Counted from the first letter of the whole stretch, positions 39,057 to 55,272 are shown. The stretch is 63,036 bases of DNA, filler included, from Circinaria calcarea (GCA_051942165.1; 5 parts of 5 records of this genome joined end to end with filler, not necessarily neighbours in it); one strand, 5' to 3'. Numbers and translations are program-made. Notes: generated by a model from the sequence alone, not told the origin.

Positions 39057-42000
39057 CTAGCTCGACGGCCCAGCCACCATGATCGTGTCCTCGTCAATCA
39101 CTTCCTCCACCGCGGGTATCCCTGCTCGGGCAAGGAGGAATTCCTCTACTTCCCGCTGATGCTTTACCAGCATAGCGTTGAGGCCCATGACCGGTGACCG
39201 GATCAGCGTGCCGAACTTCTTCGACGGCTTTTGCTCTCGATCCCAGATGGCGTGCTCGTTTTCAATGTAGATGCGTGTGTGCTGTGGGGCGAGTGACGGT
39301 GAAGTTAGCTTGTGTTGGAAGAGATGGTAGGGAGGGTGGTGAGCTTACGGCGTAGTACCACTTTGACAGGTATGAGACGAATTGGTCCGATGCGCGTCTC
39401 AGGGGGCTTTCGGCGATGAAGTAGATGATCCCACCGATTTGATGGAGAGCTTGCTCTGTGATCTTGTGTTAGTATGCTGATGAGAATGCTGGATGATGAT
39501 GTCTAACCATTGCGGGTATTCATTAGGTGGAGAATGGCATGGTATGCCTCGCCGACTCCGAGGAAGAAAACACGTGTAGCATCGTTGGGCCTACGGGGCT
39601 AGTAAGGGAATGAAAGTAGAGTAAGAAGGCAATGTAAACAAACTCAATATAGTTCTCCCATAAATATACCGCAATTTCCTCCATGGCTGTCAGATGCTTG
39701 GACTTGATATCATCCTCGTCGTCCTCCAGGTCCTGTTGGATGTTCTATCAGCCGAGTATGGAGTAAGTTTCTGGGCCTCCTAACTTACATCGATCCCAGT
39801 AAGGAATTTGGGAACGTTTACATCAATGATACCGAAGCCTTGTCGCGTACCCCATGCAATATAGTTTTTCAAGACATCGGCCTTTAAAAGTCAGCAATGC
39901 CTATCTATACAGCAGCTTGTCACAAAATACATACAAGCCAGATGTTGTGAAGATCGAGCCTATTAGTGACGGGGTTTGGAGTACCCAGGACTTCTGGTCT
40001 AGTAATTTCTTTCTCAGTATTTTCCAAGTTTTGTTTGCTTATCCAGTAGTGCTTACGGATCGTGAAATATGACAAGTAACGGTAGAGCTTTAGCATAATT
40101 GGTCCTATACCTGTAAGCGTATCCCGTCCTAGCATTTTAGCTTAGAATAGAATGAGATTTACGTTGCCAGAACCTCGTTGTGGAAAGATTTCGAGATGTT
40201 CTCGCGAAAAACGAAGAGATTAATCATCTTATGAGATTCATACAGGTGCTTGCTTTGATATGCACGTATAACATCTGTGTCACACTTAGCTGATATCTTT
40301 TGAGTCCAGTGGAATACACACCATGCATTCTCTCGGCCCCAGTGATTGCTCCAATATCTATACAGAATCAGAGGCAGCTTTTCAAGTTTGTATATAGGTC
40401 TGAACCGACCTCTATTATGATCTCTAGGATATAGACAACGCCAAAACTGCGACTGGTGCATGATCACCATTTTGACAGTCGAAACCCCTACTTTCGTTGG
40501 GGTAGTATCTTCCAGTCGCCCAGGGGGCTCTCCCATCAACGTTTTGGTGACTGCTAAGGCGGATTCAGAGATAGACTTCAGGTTGTACCCTCCCTGATGA
40601 ATGGTCAGTCCAGGTAAATCGATAATTATTCATGCTCTTACCTCCAGGCAAACCACTACTTTCCCACCAGCCAAAGACATTAGCATATGTGTCATGTGTG
40701 CATAACATGAAGGCGAGACAAAACATCCGCCTAGCTGATCACCATCAGCCGCATCAAACCCAGACGCAACTATTAATTGTTAGTGCAATTTAATATGATT
40801 GTGACATGCCTCTTACCCATAACAAGATCAGGATCAAATTCACATGCGATTGGCATTACAACATTTTGAAAAGCGAACAAATAATCGGCATCACCCATGC
40901 CTTTTGTCGGCCACGGTATGTTCACATTCTTTCCCAGGCCGGCCCCTAGACCACAATGAAGATGATCCCCAGCAGGTCCTGTTGGGTAGAAATTTCCATT
41001 TTCGTGCACATGAACGGAGATGTAAAGAACGTTCGGGTCGGATTCAAACGCCTCTTGAATGCCATTGCCGTGGTGTACGTCCCAGTCGACAATCAGGACC
41101 TTTCGACAGGTTTCTGGATACTTTTGTTGACAGACCTTTGCAGCAACAGAGACATTATCGAAGATGCAAAAGCCCATGGGTTTATCAAACTCAGCATGAT
41201 GGCCAGGTGGTCTAATAACGGCAAAGGCGTTTCTGACTGTCCCTCCGACCACCGCAAGGCTTGTGTCGATTGCTCCTCCAGCTGACAAAAGCGCAGAAGT
41301 GTAAGTGAGTTTGTTGAAATAGATAGAGTCAAACAATTTTTCTCGAACAACAAGTTCTTTCTCATGCATATCTGTGTCGTCCCTTGATTAGAAAACTTTT
41401 ATTACCCTGAATATGTAGAGCAACTGACCTCGAGTTTTCTCGATGTTGTCGATATGAGCTTCTTTGTGAACTAACATGAGCTCAGACTTCTTGGCATACC
41501 GAGCTGGTATTCGACGGAGAGGTTTGCTGACAAGCTCTTTAGGTGACATGCTGTCCTTTACGAGACCGGTTTCGCATATCGCGCGGAAAATGTGGAATAT
41601 CCGCCGCGGATCTTCAGGATGGAAGTTGGAACGATCCTTTGGGGGATCTAGCTCACAATGGAATCTCATCCTCGGATCGTAGCAAATACCGGTTGGCAGC
41701 GATGAAGCAGGTAGAGGAGTTTTAGGCTCGCCACTTAGCTCATCATCGCTGGTATCATCGTTTTTGGTGACTGGTGATCCCAGCGTGATCTCGCCATTTA
41801 CTTTCCTAGTAAGAGTACGAGCTGTACTTGTCTTTTGTTCGGAGCCTGAAAGACCTCGACCTTGTGAGTCTGTAGCTCGAAGAATATGCTGATTCAAATT
41901 TTGATTTTCGGAAACCACAGAGCCATTAAGAGGATTTTGAGTCTGTGGCTGTAGCTCGACGTTGGCAGGCACGTCTAAGATATCTAGCATCTCTGAATTT

Positions 42001-42071
42001 TCTGCATCGCGGTTCATTGTGCTTCGAAGGTTATAACCCCCTCGCCTTTGTTCTTGTGCCTTTCTAGCCAT
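39057..42071 (-). CDS. HDA1: Class II histone deacetylase (Hda1/Clr3/HdaA)
   Basis: [46 protein letters not shown] and LEGGYNL, plus a C-terminal Arb2-like region; many introns. Confidence 0.95.
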
Positions 42072-43222
42072 TAGATGATGGAATCAGTTATCCAGGTTCA
42101 TTGAAGAAAGAGAATGTGGGTGAAGGTGAAAGTGAAATTTTTGGGCATGTTAGTACACAATGTAATGCGTTAAGAAATCAACGCAGTCACTCACCGTCAA
42201 CCTCACACAAAAGATCCGTACGCCCCGATTCAAAGTTTCACCGGCTTTGACATATCATCAAGTGAATTGGGATTGATTTATAGACAAGTGAAAGAGCTAA
42301 TTACTCAATCAGTTTCCATTTAGCTCTTAATCAGGAGGGACCGCGAGCTTTTGCTGGCACTCCTCTCTGCCTCGTATTCATCAGCCCCTCACTTGATTTC
42401 AAAAAATAAAAGTGCGATTATCTCAAAGTTTACATCTATTCCGTTTTTCAGGCTTACCTAAACTTCATGTTGTCCTGATCAGTGTGCTTCGTATATAGCC
42501 ACATTCCTCATCTCATCATGTTCCCTTAGGGTCGCTTTATGTCGCCATTGTCTCGAAGTTCACACACCCAGAGAACTCCTCACAAATCTACGTCAAGATA
42601 ATCTCAGGATATGTTTCATTGCTTTCTATAATATATAACTCGGACAAAAGAAAAGCCGGTCCCCTTTTGGACCTTGGTAGTTTCTTCCTGCACCTAGTGA
42701 TATCGTCCAGCATATCTGCACAATAATAGCAGATAACGGTAGACGATGCGCAGTGAAAAAGTTGTACTATCGGAGTTAATAAACAGGTACCTCCATCAAT
42801 GTATACGTTAATTATCTCATAGAAGATGACATCAACGCGAGGAGACTTGGCGCGAGAAACGCTAAACTTGCAAGCAACACCTGTACATGGCCTCCCCAGA
42901 AATTCTTAATGCCGAGAGGAATACGCTTTTTTAAACTGGAGAATGCTACCTTAATAATTAGCTGAAAATATACTGGTCATGGCCACAGTCGTCTGATAGA
43001 TTACTGGTTATGGACACCATAGAATCACTAGTGGTCATAAACTGCCATCACAGAAATTCATATATGTTACAAAGAACAAAATTTTCGCAGCTTTGAGGAC
43101 GTTTATTTTTAAGAATACGGCTTCATTTTCCTCGTGGTTCAAGAACAAACTGCAGATGTACTACATCCATCTCGAACATCGCATCACAGCCAGCTCCCGC
43201 GACCGACGCTCCGTCCTGATCT

Positions 43223-44609
<1,387 letters not shown>

Positions 44610-45468
44610 GATGTAGCCTGGTGAGCGTTAGTTGCCGGCTTCAACCAAGAGAAGGCCAATTGAGAGATGGCTTGCACACCTTTTAGTTAAATGGGCTTGT
44701 ATCCTGTTAGGTTTCTTTTCGAGTGGAAATGGTAGGGTCAGCAAAGAATTACTTGTGTAACGGTGTTAATTTGGAGCGGGGTGACTTTTGAGATTTGAGT
44801 TGAGAAAAGCAAAGATATGGTGGGGGTTTGGGATTCTTATCGGGCCTAAAGCCAAGCCACTAGGTCATCTACGTGTGTCTCCGATCTTCGAATGCCCTCG
44901 GACCAACTCTCCGTGTACTTTGCACATCGTCCGCGGGCCGCGCTGACCCGAATTGACTCACCATTATCATCTATCCGCTACGGCTACGTATAGAATCAGG
45001 AAAAATTCAAAGGTCATCTGTCTACGCTCTTACACACGCAAGCCATGCGGCATTTTGACGGAGCGCCAGGAGTGCAGAAAACAGTCAGCACTACGCGATG
45101 TATTGCTACCTGCTGATTGCAACGGCATGAATACTTACTTGCATCTGATGGCGATGATACGGGACATAGGGCAGGCTGTCATACTGCTCTTAGGAGTTAG
45201 CATTACGGAGACATTTGTCATGTCACTGTCCGTATTCCCAATGACCTCGGGGCGCCTAGAAGCATTGGAGTATGAAATAAGGTACAATTCTTTTGATCGA
45301 GGCCAACTCAAATACGGATCTTTTTCCGTACCGGTCGAGTGCACGTGGCCTACCGCAGTCAAGAGCGATTTTCTAACAATGTACACCTTAGATATATCAT
45401 GAGTACAACACAATAGAACAGGCAACATGGCAGAGGGCCCACGTAAGTGCAAGTGGTCTTGTCTGTTG

Positions 45469-47899
45469 TTATAAAGTTGATTCCAAAGCAAGGACCTAGA
45501 ACAGAACCACGTTAGCGTATAGAAGCAGGCCATCGACCATTGGAAAACTGCTCACGATTGCCGTCCGCGTAGGAATGTACACCTGTATGAAGTTCTTCCT
45601 ACCATTCCACTCAAACGGTGTCGTGAAGAATCGAGTTCCCTTGGCGTTCCTGGCAAAGCCCCCGAATTCGGTATCATCGGTATCGATCACAATCTGATAT
45701 GTGCCGCCCTGTTCGACGCCCACGCGATAATCCGTGAAGCTTTGTGTGGGGTGGAAGTTGAAGATCCAGAGCAGGCCAGCGCGTTCGAATACTATCACCT
45801 TATCCTTCTCGTTCTTCAGACTTACATATGCCTGAGGCGAATGAAGCCAGCCGTATTTCTCTTCCGTCCACTGCATCTTCCTGTCAAACTCATTCAGGAA
45901 TTTATATCGGAGATTGCTGTCATCTGGCAGATTAAATTGCCTTCGCGCATACCAGTAGCTATTGTTGTTTCCCTCACGTGGGAAGTCGAGCCATTCGGGA
46001 TGACCAAACTCATTGCCTTCAAAGTTGAGATAGCCCTCCCCGCCAAGCCCATGCGTAATCAGCCGGATCATCTTGTGCAGACTGAGGCCCCTTTCAATTA
46101 CTGGGGTTAGTTCCGTCAATGTCGACATGTGAGTATACAGCTCCTTGTCACATAACCACATGAGTAGCGACTTGTCACCAACGAGGCTGGTAAAGTATTG
46201 TCAGTCTGTTCATGTATCGCTCTTGACATAAGACTTGACTCACGCTTGGTCGTGACTCTCGGCATACGCAATTGTTTTTTCCCCATGTCGTCGATTGATG
46301 AGCGTATGGACCAACGCTCCCATATCCCATTCAATGTCCTCCTTCTCCTTTAGCCACTTGATATACATATCAGGAATAGCCATAGCCAGCCGATAATCGA
46401 AGCCGATGCCTCCAAGGGACAGCATCAAGCATAACGCTGGCATTCCCGAGACGTCTTCGGCAATTGTAATGCAATCTGGATAGATTTGGTGTAGCATCTC
46501 GTTAGCCAACATCAGGTACACAACTCCCTCTTCGTCAACACCTGGGCCGAAATACTCGTGGTAACCTCCAGAGAATCCCCTACTAATGTCAGTATATCGA
46601 TTAACAGATTGCGCAGAGGTTTTGTACTTACGTCCCAATGCCATGGTGGGTATACAGCATGCTTGTAACGCCATCAAAACGAAACCCATCGAACTGGTAT
46701 TCATTCATCCAGAAGCGTAGATTAGATAATAAGAAACGTAAGACTTCGTGATGTCCATAATTGAAGAGTCGGCTATCCCACAGCTCGTGCCTCCCTTTGG
46801 CCCCCTCATGAAAATAAAGATGGTCGGTACCATCGAACTGATTGAGTCCATCTGCTACGTTCTTCGAGGCGTGACTATGTACCATGTCCAAGAGAACTGT
46901 GATACCCATGCCATGGGCAGTGTCTATGAGCTCTTTGAGATCATCTGGAGATCCGAAGCGGCTGCTGGCTGCGAAGAAGCTGTTGACCTGGTACCCGAAG
47001 CTGGCATAGTACGCATGTTCCATGATGGCCATCAACTGGATGACGTTGTAACCAAGGTAATGAATTCGGGGAAGTAAATTCTTGGTAAACTCCTTGTAGG
47101 ATGTAATTCGCAGTTCGGGAGACGAAATTCCAACATGGGCTTCGTAGATCCGAGCACTTTTGGGCTTAGGTGGTTTCTGATTCTTAAAAACATATTGTTC
47201 ACTTTTGGGAGGGTTCCAGAATATACCCTCATACACAGGCGATACGTTGAGATCTTGTACAACCCGTGTAATCCAAGGGGATATACGTTCTATCCGCTCT
47301 CCCGAGGGCAGGATCATTGAAATCTGTGGGTGTCATTCAGTGCGCCGAAATAGCCAAGAGTCAAATACACCTTACCTTTACCTTGGTGTTATGTGGTATC
47401 GCAGGTAGCCCGTCTTTTGCTGGTAGAGTGATCTCCCACACTCCATATTCATTCCTAGTCATTGGAGCTGCTTCCCTATTCCAGCCATCTAATAGAGACA
47501 CCTAGATCAGCGTTCTGACGTGTATTCGACAGGCTGGTGGTGAAATACTGAAGTCACCAACGAGGAATGCCTGAGTAGGATTTGGGGCCCATTCGCGGTA
47601 AGTGATATCCCCGTTCTCGTGCACGTTGAAGCCGTGTTTTTCATAGCCTCTGCTGAATTTTTCGAGGCCGCCTTCGGTCTCGTTGATTGTCTTGATCCAC
47701 TTCTGTGCATGACTGTATCTGCGCCGAAGGGCATCTCTGAAAGGAGATAGCCAGGGGTCGAGCTGTATAACACCTGAACATGTTAGCAGCTGGCTCTGTT
47801 GGTATTATGCTTCCAAGGCCTACCTGTACCATCGGCCGGGACACTGTCACTTCCAGTCTCGCCCATTACCGAGTTATCTGAGGTCGCGTTGAGCGCCAT
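45469..47899 (-). CDS. GLC3: 1,4-alpha-glucan (glycogen) branching enzyme, GH13_8
   Basis: [50 protein letters not shown] and [14 protein letters not shown]. Confidence 0.97.
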
Positions 47900-48518
47900 T
47901 CTGCAAATATCCCAGATTACTTATTTGAGGAAAGATATCATCCAAAGCAGCTCATCCAAGAGCTTGCTTCTTGCATTAATTATCCACTTGATAGCCAACA
48001 AGCTATTGTACTCTATGAAATGGGCAAGAGAGAGACATTAAATAGTCAATTGAATTCATCAATGGACTGGGCAATGCGAAATGGTGGGGGTTGACTGGGC
48101 TTCCCCACTTGGTACTTTTACGAAATTGCAGAGAGGGTCCTGGTAGCTCGAGCGCCACAAGCCAATTCCAACAAATCGATGCGCTTAATTGATTAAGTGG
48201 CACATTGACGTCACCGGGTCTGAGACCCGATTAGGATAGTGCGACCATAGGGCTGCCTTATCGTCGAGCTAGCCTTACCATACGACATGGACACGCAAGC
48301 GGGGACGACGGCTCGAGGGTTGGAGAATGCGATCGGGCCGTTGTTGACACGGAAAGCGTCTATTCAAGGCATACAACGATAGAAGCTGACGGTGACAAAG
48401 TCGCTTCACCATCCCTCTACTCTTACAGGCTACTTTAGTGCAAGAGGGACCCCGATCACTGATTCTACTCAATGCGGCAAGCATAATTATGGGTATAAGG
48501 AGAAATGGCACACGCCGG

Positions 48519-50453
48519 ATGGCTTCGGCCGTACTCATAGTCGGTCCGCAAGTTCGACAATCCTATATAGCCCTCTTCTTCATTGCGCGGTCCTTCGTCT
48601 CAAGTCCATGCCGATACTCATCTTCGCAGTTTCGCCGTTCCGACTTTGCCAATCAGCCATTCACTGGTAGCTACGAGGCTGGGCAGCCTACCATCGGTCC
48701 CTTGGGAGATGCTCCTATCATTGGGGCCCCCCGGCTCACACCGAAGGTGCTGAAGCAGCACCTGGATCAATTCGTGGTGGGACAGGAACGGCCGAAGAAA
48801 GTCCTGAGCGTTGCAGTCTATAACCACTATCAAAGGATACAGGAATTAGAGCGAAGAGAAGAGGAAGAGGAACAGTTACTACAACAGCGACTACGGAGAG
48901 AAAGAAATGATCCGCATCCTTTGGAAGGTAGACGGATATGCACACTTCTTGGAATTAATTGAAGAGCTGAAAGGTAGACCGTAGATGAATTTCCGGGTCA
49001 TCAGCACTCGATACCTCCCCGCGCCAGTTCCCAATCTCTTGGGGCACCTCCAATATCCGACCCTTCTCCGCTTGCGCTCGAGAAATCGAATGTCCTCTTG
49101 CTTGGACCCAGTGGGGTTGGGAAGACGTAAGATCCGGGGGAAGCCCAGACGTAAATGCGGTTGGCTGACCCGTGGTGTGTTTCTAGGCTGATGGCCAAAA
49201 CACTTGCTCGAGTTTTGGCCGTACCGTTTACTATGTCTGATTGCACACCGTTTACACAAGCCGGTTATATCGGGGAAGATGCCCAAGTATGTGTCGAGCG
49301 TTTACTGGCAGCTGCAAATTACGACGTGGTTGCTGCGGAACAAGGAATCATATGTTTAGACGAAATCGATAAGATAGCTGCGGCCAAAACTACACAGGGC
49401 AAAGATGTTGGTGGAGAAGGAGTTCAGCAGGCCTTACTGAAGATTATCGAAGGGACCACCCTCCATATACAGGCCAAGCAGGAGAAGTCGGTCCCAACAC
49501 GGTCAACTACTGGTCACGACCACCATAACTCCACAGGCAGCCCCATGTATGGTGGCAAGTATGCTTCTTCGTCTTCTTCCTCCTCGCCTACATCCTCATC
49601 CAGCTCGGGTGGCACGAGTTCAGGGGCTTCAAAGGGTGAAACCTACAGTGTCCGCACGGACAACATTCTCTTCATCTTCACCGGTGCCTTCATTGGCTTG
49701 AACAAATTAGTGCTTAACCGTCTCTCCAAAGGCTCCATCGGCTTCGGTTCCCCCATCCGCTCCTCATCTGCCGAAAATCCAGACATGACCTTATCCGTCC
49801 AACCTGGCTCGGATGAAAGCAAACTCTTCGAAAAACATCTCCCGTTCTTCACCCCTTCATCTCCTGACCAACCGGCCCAGTACAATCCCTTGGACCTCCT
49901 CGAACCCACAGACCTTCAGGCATTCGGTATGATACCGGAGCTCGTCGGCCGTATACCAGTCACCACTGCTTTGTCGGCTTTGGACGAGGACGCGCTTGTA
50001 CGCGTGCTCACCGAGCCGAGGAACAGCCTGATCAGGCAATATGAGCAGCTGTTCCAGCTCAGCGGAGTCGAAATGCGTTTTACGAGCGGTGCGTTACGAG
50101 AGGTAGCGAAGAGCAGTCTAGGCATGGGAACTGGAGCTCGAGGCTTGCGAACGTGTGTGGAACGGTTACTGGGGGAGGCCATGTTTGAGGCGCCAGGTCA
50201 GGAAACTCGAAGCCTCCCCTATGATTTTAATGTCCATTTTGACCATTGAACTAACCTATCTATCCATCAGGTTCAAGCATCAAACACATCCTCATCACCG
50301 AAGGCGTCGCCCAAAGGAAGCAACCGCCCATCTACCTTGCCCGCGGCCAGCAGCATCGGTTCCACGCCATGATTGCCGCCGAAGAGGAGGAATGGGAAGC
50401 TAGGAGGAGGAAAGCTAGGGGTGAGGACGTAGGTGGAGGCGGAGGCGGAGGCG
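48519..50453 (+). CDS. MCX1: Mitochondrial ClpX AAA+ chaperone, 3' end at contig break
   Basis: [39 protein letters not shown] (Walker A), [31 protein letters not shown] and GARGLR. Confidence 0.93.
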
Positions 50454-50553
50454 NNNNNNNNNNNNNNNNNNNNNNNNNNNNNNNNNNNNNNNNNNNNTTA
50501 ATTAATTAANNNNNNNNNNNNNNNNNNNNNNNNNNNNNNNNNNNNNNNNNNNN
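50454..50553. other. Artificial contig linker
   Basis: N44-TTAATTAATTAA-N44. Confidence 0.98.
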
Positions 50554-52388
50554 CCCTTCCCACCGTCCCTTCGCCCTCCGAACTTCCCCTTGACGTAACG
50601 CCCCTCCCCAAATTCCTCCTCACAACCCAAGAAATCTCCATCACCGAGACGGCGCCCGAGGATCTCGTGCGTGAGCTTGCGTCGGGAAATAGGACGAGCG
50701 GGGAGGTTGTCGGGGCATTTCTGAGGAGGGCGGGGCTGGCGCAGGGACTGGTATGTTTGGGGCGATTCCTTCTTTCTACTGACTGCTTTGTGAAGGTGTG
50801 ATGTGGATATGGGGTTGATTGTCAAGGATGAGCTGATGGAATGTTTGGGGCGGACGTGAAAAAGGTCAACTGCATTACCGAACTCCTTCCAGAACGCGCG
50901 TATGCAAGAGCAGAGTTCCTGGACGCGTATTTTGCGGAGCATCAGAGACCGGTTGGGCCATTGCATGGATTACCTATCAGTGTGAAAGAGCATGTGGGGA
51001 TGAAGGGTCTGGGATTGAACGCCGGATTTATCAGTTGGTGGGAGCACAAGGGCGAGGACAATGCGCACATACTAAAAATCCTATGGGATGCCGGATGCGT
51101 GTTCTATGCCCGGACCACTCAGCCGCAGACATTGATGCATTTGGAGACGTCGAGTAATTTGTATGGCGTCACTGTTAACCCTTTTAACAAAAATCTTACA
51201 TCGGGGGGCTCCTCGGGAGGTGAGGGCGCATTGATCGGATTACGCGGGAGTTGTTTGGGTATTGGAACGGATATTGGAGGGAGCATACGCAGTCCCGCAG
51301 CCAATTGTGGGCTCTATGCTTTGAAGCCAACGAGTCACCGGTTACCAACCGATGGATGGTCGGCTACGATGCTCGGTCAAGAGGCGATCCTCCCTGCGAT
51401 CGGACCTTTGAGTACTAGTCTTGAAGGGCTAAAACTGGTTATGAAGACGGTTCTTGCAGCAAAGCCATGGCTGGTGGAACCTTCCCTGATACCGCTTCCT
51501 TGGAGGGACCAAGATAATCAACTCGTCTCCGCCGGTAAGAATAAATTGAAGGTTGGTATAGGTGTGGAGCGACGAGGTAGTCAGACCTCATCCGCCAGTT
51601 ATTAGAGCTCTCAAAGAAGTCGCCGAGAAGTTGAAGGCAGTCGATGGAGTCGAGCTCGTCGACTGGAAGCCTTACAAGCACGACGAGGCATGGGAGATTA
51701 TCGCGAGTTTATATTTTTGCGATGGTGCAAAAGAGGAAAAGGATGCCATTGAAGCATCAGGCGAACCGTGGCGACCGCTTTCGGATTTCATTATCAAAGA
51801 GAATCCTTACGTCAAACATTGTAGTATTGAAGAAGTGTGGTATTGGACTGGTAGGAGGGAAGCGTACAGGCGAGAGTATGCTAAGATCTGGAACGATACG
51901 GGAATTGATAAGAGCCCTCACGCGAAGTCGAAAGGCTTGGTTGATGTGATTCTTTGCCCTGTAGGTCCTGGCGTGGCGCCGCTACTGAACACTGCCAAAT
52001 ACTGGGGATACACCAGCCAGTGGAATCTACTGGATTACCCTGCGCTGGTATTTCCAGTGTCAAAGGTGGATCCGAAGATAGATGTGGCCGATGAAGAATA
52101 TAAGCCAATGAACCCAAAAGACGACTTTAACCATCAGTTGTGTAAGTCGCACTAACTTTTCTGTACGTCTCCAGTAACATTGACCCGGGTTAGATGTTCC
52201 TGAAAGCTTCCGAGGGGCTCCAATATCACTGCAGCTTGTCGGGCGGAGGTATGAAGATGAGAAGGTCAGTGTTTGTGCCTAAAGCAGGTAGATATGAGCA
52301 AGGGTGTACTGATGAATGTTCATAGGTCGTCGAAGCATTCGAATTTATAAAAGAGAAAACTAGGCTGCCTTTTGCTCAGTGTATATAA
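50554..52388 (+). CDS. Amidase-signature family (acetamidase-like) protein; 5' truncated by contig start, with an apparent +1 frameshift near 51561
   Basis: GPLHGLPISVKE, GGSSGGEGA, GTDIGGSIRSPA, YTSQWNLLDYPA and PISLQLVGRR. The frame switches between KLKVGI and WSDEVVRPHPP. Confidence 0.88.
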
Positions 52389-53665
52389 ACATTTCCTAAC
52401 CAAAACCACCGTAGATATAGATATATATCGCCGAGAGTTAGTATCCACAGTGGCTTTTTACCTGCGCAAGTCGTCCAGGTTCATTTCATGTCCATCGTCC
52501 CTGACTTGATAAACTCCCAACGATAACCACTTCCATCAAGACCAGCCTCGGCTTCAATGAAAACTCCATACGATCATAGCAACTTCATGTCGATCCATGC
52601 TGTACAAGGGCTCAAACGAGACTCAAGCTCAAAAGCAACAGGCAGCTTATTCCTTTGCACAACACCTAAAACGTCCTTAAAGCGGACAAGCATTAGGTAG
52701 AAATCTGCAAGCGACAGCATTTACCCAACCTACAGAAAGCCAAGTCGATGAAAGGAAATCTTCAACCGCAGATGATACTCCAGGGGAAACCTCTATTCGC
52801 CAGCGGATACCCCCTCACTCCGGCATATGTAACTCCCTAGTGACAGCATCTTCTTCACCGCTCTGACGCTCGAGCAAATCTCGTCATAATTCCAGGCACC
52901 TTAAGAACATGTGCTAACCAGGACAGTGTCCGGCACCCAGATAGACCCGTCACCTTTTGTGTAACAATGTGTAACACCGGCGGGAGAAGCGGGGGCTGGT
53001 GGAAGAAGGGAAGGATGCCCCGTCGGCAAGATTGGTTGGATCTAGCGACGCAATGGGGGTCAATGGAAGGGAACGGTATGCCGGTGAGGAGCCTACGCAT
53101 GCTTGTGCATAATGCATGCGCAGTCCAGCAGAGTCGATCAGGGGTGGTAGATGCCAATACAAAGAGGATGTGTGTGGGAGAAGATGGGTTGCCGGTAGCT
53201 CACGCAGCGGAACTCGGTGTGGTAAGGCCGTGCGGAAGGATTGTTGGGGTGGGGAAGGTTCGGCGTGTTGTAAAGCCGCAAGGACGGATGGAGATCGAAG
53301 AAGGACGGTGAGCGATGATCGGCTCTTGGGGAGAATGAATGAAGATTCTGCGAATGCCTGCCTGGCTGGATTGCTCTGTTTGTGATTGATATGTTGAAGT
53401 TTGTTGGGATATCGTACGAATATCAAAGACGGTAAGGCTGGCAATTGTTGTACCGGAACTGCCGGTGTTCATTGTGGAAAGGGGTTGTCCTGTAGACATC
53501 AATCAAAGCCCGTGGATTTGTCTCTCGGCACGCGTAGACGATGGTAGTACGGCTACACCTGAGTGGGATGATGCTATTGAATTACGTAGTGTGCAGTGAC
53601 CTCATCGCGGCTTAATTGCTAAGAAATCCTGGGCTTCAAGGCCGACTTGGTCACCTGGAACCGTA

Positions 53666-54768
53666 ATGGCAGGTATGAAGCATTGGAAGGTCACCGAGGC
53701 GAGTAATTTCCGCGCCCGGATTCTCAATACCGATGCTGACAACTTCCTAGCCCTATCTACAGATTGATTGCGGGCTCGGAGAGGCTCCGTTCTGGGAAAA
53801 AGAAGCCCACCGCTTGCGCTTTGTGGATATCGTCAAGCAGAAGCTGCATGTCATTGATCTGAACAAAGGACCATCCTCATTGATAAGTTTTGACCTTGAC
53901 GATCCGGTGGGGTTAGTGGGAGCATTCGTTTTCCTCAATGCCTGTAATTCAAATGCGCTGATACCAAACAGCACCACGGCCGACATTGAAGGTTCTAATG
54001 ATGAGATCGTTGTGGGTGCCAAGGGAGGGTATGCAACTCTGAACCGGAAGACAGGAGGGATTGAGTATCTGAAGAAGTTGTGGACGGCGGAAGAAGGGGC
54101 GGAAAAGGAGAAGAAGTTAGTATAACCCAACTGCCTGCTTTCCTCTTGTTCATATTGGGATTGATCTCGCGATTAGAATGCGTTCCAATGACGGGGCTGT
54201 CGACACCAGTGGCAGATACTGGATTGGTGCAATGTGCGATCCCAAAGTAACGGACGCAAGCGACGAAGGTGTGGTCTTCCGACTTGACCCAGATATGAAG
54301 TTGCATCGCATGATTGAAAATGTGACCATCCCCAACGGGATTGGATGGAGTGCAGACGACAAGACCATGTACTTTACGGATTCGCCAACCAAGACGATAT
54401 CCAAGTTCGACTACGACTCCGTTACCGGCCACGTCTCCAATCGACGTCCTCACTTCATCCTTGAACATGTGGCCAGCGACGCAGTCCCGGATGGATTTGC
54501 CATGGATGTCGATGGCTGCATTTGGACTGCGGTTTTCGGTGCTGGCAAAGTTCTGAGGATCTCGCCGGAGGGAAAGGTCATAGGGGAGATTTCCTTGCCT
54601 ACTCGCTGTATCTCCTGCCCCAGATTTGCCGGTGAGGACTTATTCATCACGAGTGCTGAAGAGGAAGATCCGGACAGCTACCTAGAATCGGTGAAGTATG
54701 CTGGTAGTTTGTTCCGAGTTCATGTTGGTGTCGAGGGTTCGCCGATACACAGGTTCAAGCGGTTGTGA
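53666..54768 (+). CDS. SMP-30/gluconolactonase (regucalcin-like) protein
   Basis: GLGEAPFWE, RSNDGAVD..GRYWIG, IPNGIGWS.D.KTMYFTDS and PDGFAMDVDGCIW. Three introns, the first with a GC donor. Confidence 0.92.
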
Positions 54769-55272
54769 TTTTGTAACAGTTTGAAGGCTTGGATGCCATT
54801 CCATGTACATAGACACTCCTCGGAAAAGCCACGATGCGAGGCGTTTTCATGAGACTCCCCTGTCCGAGATCATCCTCGACAGCTCTTAAACGGTATTTCA
54901 AACCAAGATTGAAACATGTTAAAGTTTTCCATGGGATTACTTGGTGGCTGGCTGGCTCATGTTCCAAGAAGTCAAAGGAGGCTAGTGGCTGAGATCTAAC
55001 AAGACAGATCTCAACCTTAGTGCTACTTTCATTCTTGTCGGGTCCCCAGGATCAGAGGATAAATTGTACGGAGTTTTCCCGCGGGACCGGTAACGACGCC
55101 AAGTACCTGGGATAGACCCGGTCGGGCTCAAGTGGTGGGAAATCTCTCGTTACCCTGCTTGGGAAATGAGAGGCTGAGAGGCAGATTATTGACTGCTGTT
55201 GAAATGAAGTGAGCGAAAATAAAACCAAATGTGGGTTGCTTTCCTAAAAGAAACATCATAATACAGTTAATA

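Noticed and set aside
52855..53502. Ser/Thr-rich minus-strand ORFs
   Set aside because: Interrupted by a stop and with no recognisable domain.
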